NCBI RefSeq assembly: GCF_018977255.1
Contig: NW_024704742.1
Location: forward strand, 120,158,001 to 120,222,000
DNA: 64,000 nt
Direction of reading: 5' to 3'
DNA from: Callorhinchus milii
Taxonomy: Eukaryota
Positions 25,501 through 37,500 of this stretch are shown here, piece by piece. The position numbers and the translations under genes are program-made. Numbering within the stretch: position 1 is the stretch's first letter; each line of letters starts with the position of its first letter. The notes below the pieces were generated by a model that saw only the letters and a list, made by a program, of their open reading frames with translations, was not told where the DNA came from and searched no databases.

Positions 25501-28500
25501 GGTAAGTGTTCATCCTTCATATGTGAGTCAAAATAGCAGTGTTGGCAGCCTAACTGGTCATGGGAGGGTGGGGGGGAAAAGAAAAATGAGAAATAGGATT
25601 TCCTGCTTTCTAACCAAGGATACTGTTCTGCCCACACTGCTTCCTTGGCTGATGTAGTAGTCAGTTCAGCTCTACAAAATAAAGATAAACAGTCACATTT
25701 TACTGCTTAAATGAGCTGAATTTACCACTAGACCAAGGGGAGGATCTGAAACAGATTGAAGATGATAGTTACTGAGTCCGTGGCATGGGAATGTGCAACA
25801 TGACATACAGAATATCAAACTAAAACATTTTCTGGAAGAAAATACGCTCGGTTATAATGGACTTAAAATAACTAGTTGAAGGGCGACTAGGAAATGAACA
25901 AACAGAAGGTTGAGACATTGCTTCCAATGATGGCGGAAAAGATTTCCAGATGGAAACCTCCATAGAGTGGGAGCTTTTGTAACGTATACACTACATTTGG
26001 TTACCCTGGTTTGTCAAAAGCTAGGCTGGAAGGGATCTGCCACAAGTGCAAAGTGATGCAGCAGCAACAAATGGAGCAGCACCCTTATCAGCACCTTCAT
26101 TTTTGAGTCACTATACTCATCACTAGAGGCAGAAGTCGAACATGTCATTGGTTGAGCACTGCACAGTTTTCTAGTAGTAAAATACGATGCAAGATTCCAG
26201 GGATGATTTTTGTCACAGAGTACGTCACCAAGAGTAGCTCCTTTACTCTGTAGCTCAGTTATGCAACATTCATGAAAGAACATCTTTACGTGCACAATTT
26301 TCACATGCAAATACATGGTTCTTGGGCGAGTCAAGTCAAACTTTTAAAGCACCTTTAGTTTTCCCAAAAAACTTACATGTGTGTTCCAATTTCTTTAACT
26401 TCATGGTGAATCACGTCATCAATGCAACTGTCAGGTTTAAGATCAGCCACAGCAGCATTAGAAGCTGACAGATTCAAACGCTGGGAGCTGGTCTGCAAGT
26501 CAGCCTGATTTAATAAAAAAACAGAATCATTAGAAAACTATAAATTGGTGGCTTTTTCTTTTTATTATTAAAAAGTCCAGCAGTTACTTATTGCTGGCCA
26601 AATAAGTTTAACATTCCAGTGACCAGTAAGATACAGGTTTGCATCTGAAAATTTGAGATGTCAAAGGCATTATAAGGCGCTACATCAAATGCAAAGATTA
26701 TTATTATTATATGTGAATTTCACAGAAAGAAAAATAATAATGAAGTCTGATCACTCTCGCAGGGTTAGAATCAGTTATACAACAGTAGTCTTGGTCAGTT
26801 AAGTCTGGTCCATAACACTAACGGGATGCAGGAGGAAAAAAGGAAAAGAAAAATGAACTTAAAAAAACTGATCGATGAGGAGGAGAAATTGCATAGATCA
26901 AGTGCCGCATGTATTGGTTTCCAAAAAATTAGTCAGAAAAAAAAACTGTCACCAAGTCCAAACTGTCACCCCCATTGGTAAGGAGGAAAAATATAGTAAT
27001 CCAAACATTCTTACCTTAACTAGTATATCCTTAACAACTTGTGTGCTGTCATTATGTACACTGATGTAACTTGAGAAAGTTTCTCCTAAAAAGATATTTC
27101 TGCCCAAAATATGAAAGGTACACTTTAGTAAAGCAGACCTACAAAACATAAATTGTGTACTGGAGCATTCTGTAATGAACACTTATGAACAAGTGCAAGG
27201 TCATATAGCAGCAAAGAAAGCAAGATCCCACTGTTAGACCCTCCAATCAGATGGGGAGGCATTTAGGAAATTATTTAATCTGGTTCTCTCAAGGTTTAAC
27301 CAGCAACTCCTGCTGGAAAGTGTACCACTCAAATAACATAACCCAACATAATTCAGAACCAACAAGAAAGCAATGAGTCCTGTGGCTCAGTGGTTAGAGC
27401 ACTCGCTTTAGAAGCGAGAGACCCGAGTTCAATTCCAGGCAGGGCGAAACCTTGGGCAAGTTTCCTTACTCCACACACCTAATAATAATCCCTCCAAAAC
27501 CAAAAACAATAATAAATTGGTCATTTTCAATCTACAACTGTTTGTGGGACATTGCTGTGCGCAATTGGTGCCACGTTCGCCCACAAATATACAGTCAATT
27601 CACTTTACAATACATTCTGTGAAGTGCTTTGAGACGTCTAGAAGACGTGAAAAGTGCTATAGCAAATGCAAGGATTATTATTATTATTAATGAGGAAAAA
27701 GTGGAGGAAGAACCATCTATTTGGAATTCCAAAATACCAAACTTGATGCTCATTTACAAAGAAGAAACACAACCAAATCAAGTTGCTGCTGTTGTTGATA
27801 TGGTAGTTAAACATTTGTGTACAACATATTTTCTTTTTCCCACTACCCAAATTTGGTACTCATGAATAGAAATGGATAGCAGTTTCTACTTTATGGGTGT
27901 TCTGATCTTGTATAAACAATATCTACTTCAAATATCATGTGTCCCTCTGCCTCCTTGTCCTCCTGGACCTCTCCGCCGCGTTCGACACAGTCACTCATGC
28001 CATCCTCCTCCACCGCCTTTCCTCCGTCATCCACCTCAGTGGGACCGCACTCGCCTGGTTCGAGTCCTACCTCACGAACCGCCAGCAGTACATCTGCACA
28101 AATGGCTTCTCCTTCCGCTCTCACCCAGTCACCTGCGGGGTACCCCAAGGATCCATCCTTGCCCCCATCCTCTTTCTGATCTACATGCTCCCTCTTGAGG
28201 ATGTCATCCGCAGACATAGGGTACACTTCCACATGTATGCAGACGACACCTAACTCTATTTTTCCACCTCTCTTTGCGACCTCCAGTCCCCTGATGTTCT
28301 GTCAGTCTGCCTGTCAGCTCTCAGGGGCTGGATGAGCGCAAATTTCCTTCAGTTGAACGTTGACAAGATGGAAACCATACTCTTCGGCTCTCGTCAACGT
28401 CTAAAATCTCACAGCTCTCACCTCCTCCACCTACCCGACCTCCCCTTAAAACTCTCTGAACCTGTACGCAATCTAGGCGTCAGGTTCGACCCCCAATTAT

Positions 28501-31500
28501 CCTACCTCCCTCACATCCGGTCCCTCACCAGCACTGCTTTCTTCCATCTCGGACGCATCGCCCGTCTCCGCCTATACCGCACTCCAAAAGCCGCTAAAAC
28601 TCTGGTCCATGCCTTTGTCACCTCTCGGCTGGACTAGTCTAATGCCCTCCTCGCCAGTCTCCCATCCACTACCATCCATAAAATCCAAATCATTCAAAAT
28701 TCTGCCGCCCGCATTCTCACCTGCACAAAACTCAGCTCCCCGATCACCCCAGTCCTTGCCAGACTACACTGGCTGCCTATCCCAGAGAGGATCGATTTCA
28801 AGACCCTCACCCTCGTATTCAAGTCCCTGCACTCATCTGCACCCCCCCCCACCTCTGATATCCTCTCCTCAAACCATTCCTCTGGGTCTGGCCTCCTCCT
28901 CATCCCCCACTCCACCCTCGGCGGCCGTAGCTTCAGCCACTAAGCCCTGAAGCTCTGGAACTGCCTTCCTCACTCCCTTCGCCTCGCTCCCTCCCTTCCC
29001 ATTTTCAGGTCTCTGCTGAAGACCTTTCTTTTCAAGCGCGCCTTTGATCACCTTCCCCCCCTCCCCTGGCTCGGTCCCGGCATCCGTTACTGTAAAGCGC
29101 TCTGAGACGCCATCCGGTGTGGATGGCGCTATATAAATCCAAGTTGTTGTTGTTGAAGTTGTTGTCCTTTCTCAAGGTGTTAAGCACAGCTCAAGTCTAT
29201 TTTTTTTGCATTCATTCCCTCTGTAAAATATATTATTCCACATCTCCTCTTGCAATGGGTAAGTGAAACAAACACAGAACAAATTATGTAGATGATATTC
29301 TTACCCAAAATTCTGAGGGAGAGTCAACATTTCTCCTAACATAAAAATCTCTGCTCCCTTTACTGTAGAGGGATCATCCTTCATAAGTTGACTGAAAAGG
29401 TCTCCTATTATAAAATGGATGATAGTTAACTTGCATTCTTGTTTATGAAATACTTATGAAATCATACAAAGGTGACATTTCTACTTTGACAACTTTGTTT
29501 TACAGGATCTTCATAACATCAAAGAAACCCACAGTTAAATGTACCAGGTTCTTCCTGAAGATGTACAAAAGAATATCCATTTCACTGGATTCCATTGCCT
29601 CAATCAAATCTGTTCCTTGTAAAATATTTGTATAAAGAAGCAAACATTTGAATTAAAAAAACTTTCAATAATTAATTCAGGTCACAGGATAGAACAAAGT
29701 TATGTCGCTATTTGCTGGAGAGTGAACATTAGAAAATGTGGATTGACAAAAAGCCTTCAAACCCACACCCTTTAGATAAGCAAAACCTATAAATATTTTT
29801 TTAAAACCAAGATATTTGAATTACGAAAGACAGGATCAACTTGGCTGCAACTTGTCCCCAGCCCTCCACTCATGTGCGTGAATAGTGGGAGGGAAGGAAG
29901 CAAGTTAAATGACAATATTTTGTAGATTACGATGTTATAAAGAAATGGTTTTACTTTTTGGAAAGGACCTACATTCACTCCCAATTTAGTTGTAGCAATT
30001 GAAACCAGAACAAATTATTAAAGTGTATCCCCATGTGGCTTTGTTCCATATTGAGAAATAATAAAAAAAGATGAACATCTGCAGGTTGAGGTTGTCCTGA
30101 AACCAATCACTTATACAACTGCAAAAAACTTTTGGTTCAATGGTGATGTGAAGTACATCCCTGCATTGCAGTGAAATGGATTCTATGACACTTCACATTT
30201 TTATTTTGAATAAAGACTTCTTAGAAAATTCAACGAATTGCCCAAAACCAATAACATTAAACATTCTGGTGGAAGAAACCAACTGAAATATACAATCCCA
30301 TAAATATAGAATACTCAGACTAAGTATGTACAGATTATTCTTATAATACAAGACACTGTAGGCTTTCTACAAAAGTCCAGTGAATGTTAACCATTCACAT
30401 TCAGAATGCACTATGTATTGTGCTGAAATGTATATTACTCAATAGCATATGAACCACTAAAGAAGTCTGTACTACACTGTTTTGTTGCCCCCCAAAAAAG
30501 TGGGAACAGTTGTTTTGACTTACCTGGAAGGTCTCGGTCTTCACAGGTCACTGGCAGGTTTGTAAATAAAGTTGGTTTTGTTAGCCTCATCACTGTAACA
30601 TGAAAGTAAAAAGAATTATAGTGCAACAGAAAAGAACTTGGTCATCAACCATTACCTAATATTATTTGACACAAATAAACCACAACCATTTACAATGCTT
30701 AAGAAAGTGACACAGTTAATACTAGATAAATACTGTCACCACACTGCAAGCTCGATATATGTCTCATGTGATTGATTGCTTTAAAGCAAATTCTTCCCGG
30801 GAGAAAATCCAGACTTAATTTTCCACTGATCCTGATATATGTAGGTAGTAATAATCCTCTCCCCAGAGTACCACTGGTCTGCTTTGATTGTTTTGTGCTA
30901 TGATTGTTTTTGCCACTCTCCTTTGCGAATAGGTTGCCTCTCATTAATTAGATGGGACTGTGACGTGAACAAACCTAGGGATTTTGTAAAAAAAATACAG
31001 GGAACCTAACTTAACAGGCTCCCTGAAGTTATATCATCACCCATAGGCAGTTCAAACCTCATACTTATGAGTATTTTATCGTGTAACAGTCAACACATGG
31101 TTTAATATTGGAAGCAAACAGGTTTGAGAAAGGACATTTACTATTAAATGCACCAACCAGCCCAAGGGCTGAACAGCTACGGCAGGCAGGATCGCAGTTA
31201 CATCTATACAGACATTTCACACCAAACAACATTATTTTGCACCCCCCTCAGTGGGAAACTTTGTGAAACAAGAACTAATTTTTGTAATTGAATATTGTTA
31301 TTCCAATTTAATATTAAATTGTTACTAATATTTACTGTTACTCTCTTCTCTAATTCCATTACTTTGCTCTATCGCTTTAATATAGTTTTCTTCCAGTATT
31401 TATCCAATTTCCCTTTTGAACATGGTTTTGTACTCAGCCATTTGTAGTAAAGTATTTCATATTCTAACAACTCTGTGTGTATAATAGAAAAACGTTCCTT

Positions 31501-34500
31501 TTAATTCAATTACCCACCAACCAACTATTCACTCTATATTGTCCACTGTGCTTCTCTGTTGAAGGCTATTTAACTTGGATGGTATCATAGCCCTGTTAAA
31601 CCTTGGGGAATGAAACCTATTGTATCTGCTATCCTGGAATTTAAACCTGTAACTATATGGATCAAATGGCCTGCTGCTATACTTCGTTGAGTTTCCCTGT
31701 GTGGAGAGAAGGGACTAAGGTTAAAGATTACACATAAAGCATTCTAGGCATGTACAGGCCAGAAGGTTGTAGGTTTATCACCGTGTGTTGAATTAACTTA
31801 TTTCAGCCATGACAGAAGTCAGGACTGTAACGTGGTTATAATTTGGAGTCCCGTAATTCAGTGGTTAGAGCACTCGTCTCACAAGCGAGAGGACCTGGGT
31901 TTGATTCTGGTGCAAGGTGAAACCTTAGGCAAGTTTCCTGACTCCACAAGCCTCTGTTTACCTAGCAGTAAGTAGGAACCCGGTTGTTAGTCAATTGGCA
32001 GATCGTTTTTTCGCGAGTAATAATCCCTTAAAAAAATAAGAATAATTTGGTCATTCAATCCACTTTTCCACGTGTATAATAGAAAACTTTTTTCTTTTTT
32101 TTCTATTATACATCCAGAGTTGTTAGAATATTAAATACTTTACTACAAATGGCTGAGTACAAAACCGTGTTCAAAAGAGAAAATGGATAAATGTTGGAAG
32201 AAAACAATATTAAAGCGATAGAGCAAAGTAAAGGAATTAGAAGAGTAACAGTAAATATTAAATATTAGTAACAATTTAATATTAAATTGGATTAACAAGT
32301 TTTTGGAGCATTGCTGTGCGCAATTGGCTACCGTGTTTCACCCACAAAATCTAGTCAATTCACTTTACAGTATATTCTGTGAAACACTTTGAGATGTCTT
32401 GAAGACATCATAAGGCACTATATCTAACAGAAAGATTATTATCATTGCATGCATAGCCATTTGTGGGATCCTGTGCACAAACAAATTGGCTGCTAGTTGT
32501 TTAGAAATGCCTTCCCCCTAGACTTGACAGCATTTACCTGTACTGTGCTTCAAGAGGTTATCCTTGCATAAGTATGAAGTACTTATGCAAGGATTATTAT
32601 AAAACAGGCACAGGACAGATTTACTGCTTTTTAAAAAAAAAACAGTAGTCAATCCTCTGGTAATCTAGTTCTCTGCGGGCCTACAGTACTCCAAGGCACT
32701 TCTGACTATAGCCCCGGAAGAGCAGACCTGTCACTAGGGGCAGGGATTATTCCCTCTCAGCTTCTGGTAACCATACAAGCCAAAGTTCTAATGGATAGGA
32801 TGGTCCTAGCCGGACAAGCATCAGGAAAGCTTGCAAGACAGCGCTTTCAATGGCAAGTTATGTGGTTTTAACTGGTTAAACGCCAGCATTATTCCAACGC
32901 ACATTCTGGGGTCCCCAAGCCTCGACTCTTGACAACCTGCGCCCGATACTCTCCTGAATTAGGTAAGAGAATGCACTTTCCATTCCAATATAAAGGAATT
33001 TCCATGTATAGATGGGATGCATGGAATCCTCAGTCTGGTTTGGATACTCTTAAGCATGGTGATGGGTTTCCAAATTGTCAACCGCTTGACTAACCAAAAA
33101 CAAAAGTAGGCATACAAATCTATAAAGATTACTTTGAGTACAAAAATATTGGAAAGGCAGCAGGAGTGAAACTTCATTCAGAGGCTTTCGTTTATCTCGG
33201 AAAAACGCCACTGAAACCCTAATTCATGCCTTGATTATCACCTGATCTAACGCACTACTCACCAGCATTGTGTAAAGGGCACAATGGTTATAGACACAAT
33301 GGTTATAGTTCCCGGGAGGGTGAAACCTGGGGCAAGTTTCCATACTCCACACGCCTGATAATAATCCCTCAAGAAGATAAAAAACAATTATAAATTGGTC
33401 ACTTCAATCTACGACTGTTTGTGGGACACTGCTGTGCGCAATTGGCTGCCACGTTTAGCCCACAAATATACAGTCAATTCACTTTACAGTCTATTCTGTG
33501 AAGCGCTTTGAGACGTCGAGAAGATGTGAAAAGCACTATATTAAATGCAAGGATTATTATTAAGAGCAATTGGTTATAGTTTCCAAAAAATAATTTAATA
33601 GACAGCTTTGAAACGTTTTGTCAGTGTATTCACATATTTAATCACATTTTTCATACAATATACATTTCCATGTGAACATTTTCTTTAAAAAACTCTACAT
33701 TCATCCCTCGCATTTCCTGGTTGCCTTTTTTAAGAGGGGAAGAGAATTCCTGCAAAGTCAGAAATCCATCGCTTACCTAACAAACCAGTTCTTACTTTAG
33801 GATACCATGCGAGACAAGCAGAGCTGTCATCAATCCAAGATGACCAGTAACACAATAAACAGGATACATTTTATTCTTGCCCAGATTTTCCACATCAATA
33901 AAGGCACTAAAATTAAATATATTTTGCCTTAAAACAAAGTCACATAGAACAATCCCTGATCATGGAAGCAACTCTCAATGGTTCTAAAAGTTAAAGTACA
34001 AATCAAACCATGGCTACTGCTATAGTTGTAAAACCAAAAGAGCACATCTGAATTCATCTTAAGAACATTTGTAAATGTTCATTAATACCAATTAAAATAT
34101 AGCAAAATTGCTTGCAAGTTAATAATTTCCATTAAAAGTCATCAACTATAAACCTGTCACAATGAAGTTTTACTTCTGAACAAATAGAATATGACATTTT
34201 ACTTCCGAAGAAACAAGCTAAGTAACTACAACTTATAAATAACACCATGTCTGTGTACAAGTAAATTGATTTTACCAGTGAGATTTAAAGTTTGTTTAAT
34301 CTGATTACCAACATGTTCACAACATTGAAAGTCACAAAAGATCCATATCTGACCAAGGTCTCTATGTATTTTGGCATTACAGCCAGGTAGATTACCATAT
34401 TTAAGAAGGTTGGTCAGTACAGCCCAGTGCTCTTCCAATTTCCGATTGCTGCAGTTGGATTGATCAATGACCCACTTTGTCCTTTGAAAAGAATGTAGCT

Positions 34501-37500
34501 GTAACTTTGCTTGGATCATCTGGAGTGCTTTGCTCACCGTAAATGTGTTCGATTTTTCCGTTCTGCTGCACTTTGTAATACTCCAAGATCGCTGCGATTT
34601 GCTTTGCCAATCTGTAGCGCCATGCTGTAAGCCGGTCTCAGTAAAAAATTCCGCATCAGCTTCTTGTGTAACAGTACCAACCTTCTGTAAATTGGCAAAA
34701 AACTCTTGGAGATGCTCTGTACAATCATAGCTTTGCACTTGCTCTTTAGGTTCTAATGCAGCTAAATAATTTTCAATCCTTCTTGTTTCTTCATTTGAAA
34801 TTATTGGCGGATGGTTCTTAGGCTTCAATGGTAGATTCTGAAGGTCATTTGAAAACCATGGAGTGAATCTTGTTAAAGGTCTCTTTGGGAAATCCTCTAA
34901 TGCTCTCTGGGCTACTTTCAGCACTTCTGGACCACACTCTCGATTGGACCTATAATGTACCACTAACTCCATATGAGTGGCAACTCTGGGCGTCCAGAAG
35001 TGATTTCATCTTTTTTTAAAAAAAGCTTGAAGTAACAGTCTTCTTTCAAAAACGTCAATCTCTCTCTCTTCATTTTATCAATCTCAAATCTTTCATTCAG
35101 AATGAAATGGATTGTCACTGAGCATGCTCCCTTCTCAAATTTAGTATAGGTTAAATGAGAAAGGAGCTCACGCAAAAGTCCAGTATTGAAGACCTTCAGG
35201 AAGTGCTACCCTGCAGAGATAAAGGTCTTTAAATATCTCACAAGCAATCTTTTACAACGAACAAAAAGTAATACACCATTTTCTTCTTGGCAAGTCTGAA
35301 CTTCATATAAGAACATGCCCTCACCAATATCCATCTATTAAAACACTAAATGTCACGTGCAGGAGTTTCACAGTGCAAAAATTGCATGGAGTTCATTCAA
35401 GAAAATCAGTGCTTTGAAATGCTAACCATTTACATTCAATGTGATGCAAACGCATAGCTTTCAAAAGCGTATGAATAAAAAAAACCTTCATCAGCACCCA
35501 ATACAATACAAATTTACATTGTTTTGAACTGGCTCCAATCTGATATGTTTCCCCTTGGAATGTCGGAATCAAGTCAACTCTGTGGCAGTCTCAGTCCGAT
35601 TTCTGAGATTCTTTCCATTCAGTTCCAGTTAACCATATAATCCAAAGTCCTAACGGGTAGGATGGTCCTAGCTGGACAAGCAGAGTGAAGCTTGCTAGAC
35701 AGTGTTTTCAATGGCAAGCTGTGCAGTTTTAACTGGTTAAACTCCAGCAGCACCCCAACAGACACTCTGGGTTCTTGCCAATCTGTGCCTATTTTCTGGA
35801 AAGAAATGGATCAATGTTCACCACTCTGTGGCAACTACATAAAAATACCAAGAAATATGACAATCCCTACACAAGACAATTGAATTTTACTAAAAGTACA
35901 ACTAGTGAAGCTTGAATTGCAGATGATTTAGTAGCTTTTGCAGTGTACAGAAATAGGTAAACAGAAAGGGATAAACAAAGTTCTAAGACATATTGCAGTG
36001 TTAATAGTATCTTGCTCTACAGTCAAAAAAACAATTAAATCAAACTGTTTTAATAATAATAATAATAATAATCCTTGCATTTGATATAGCGCTTTTCACG
36101 TCGGGAGGACGTCCCAAAGCGCTATATCAAATGCAAGGATTTGTGGGAGAACGCGGCAGCCAATTGCGCACAGCATTGTCCCACAAACAGTCATGGATTG
36201 AAAATGACCAATTTATTATTGTTTTTGGAGGATATTATTAGGCGTGTGGAGTAAGGAAACTTGCCCAAGGTTTCGCCCTGTGCCTGGAATTGAACTCAGG
36301 TCTCTCGCTTGCAAAGCGAGTGCTCTAACCATTGAGCTACAGGACTCCACGAGTTTTCCCCATCTCAGCACGTTTAATCCTCATAGCCATCTCCAGCAAT
36401 GAGCCCCTACCAAGCTAACAATGAACAAACATTGCAACCTCATTTAAAACATACGAGTTTCTTCCCAGCCATTATTTATCCCACCTTCTAAATAATCTTA
36501 AAGATCAGAGAAATAAACTCTTAACATTGTCATTAATCTAAAGTAAACACAGATTTAGGAATAACAAGAGGGAAGAGACACAAATAATTTTAATATAATT
36601 ACACAGAGTGTGGCGAATAGTAGATGGCCTGTGGTAGCAATGGTGGTGGGTGTATCAGCAATTTCAAGAGGGAATTGGATAACTATTTTGCAAAGACAAC
36701 TAATTAAGAGGTATGAGCTATTGTAATATTATTTTCAAAATATCCTAATCCTAATTTAACCAGACAGCTACACATTCATACTTTTCAATAAGGATCGCCA
36801 ACTGATAGCAATCAGGAATGGTATCCGCACTCAATTGTTGCGCTCTATCCCAGTGCCACTGAAATGAAAGGCCAGTCTTAAGCAGCGCACCTACTTTTTA
36901 AAATCTCATCAGCAGAGGCACTGTGATAATAATCAACAACTTGCATTGACAAAGAGCCCTTCACACCAGATGGCGTCTCAGAGCGCTTACATGAAACTTG
37001 TGCCACACCAACACTTTTCAATTACTCCTGTTTAAATGACAACTACCAAACACAGGATAGGTGAGGAGTTGATTCACTAAACATCACTGAACACCAGGTG
37101 TAGTGTATATACTGCCTCTCTTCCTCCACTCCCCCCCCCTCCATGAATCATTCTCCTCATCCATTCCCCCTTTCATTCAACAACACGCATTTACATAGCG
37201 CCCTTCACTCGGGGGGAGTGTCTCGGGAGTGCTTAAAAGTGGCAGAGCCTGACGCCAAGACCCGGGGGGGGGAGAGGGGTGACAGTAGGAATGGTCTTCG
37301 AAGAAGGTCTTACGGGGTGAACTGACAAACGGGGAAGGCAGAGGGAATCAAGTAGGGAGTGCCAGGGTTTGAGTGCGCAGCGACATTCATTCCCTCCCCC
37401 CCTCTCCCTCATCAATCATTGTCATTCCCCCCCTCCCCACCAGCCCCTGTGTGTTTCCCTCCGCTCTCCAGAGGCCCCGTGTCCCCTCCACGGTGTATGG

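Noticed and set aside
34973..35008. In-frame TRAPPC13 exon 1-SHLD3 fusion through an AG near 34985
   Set aside because: The SHLD3 frame is closed by TGA at 35008-35006, and the nearby AG lacks a convincing polypyrimidine tract.
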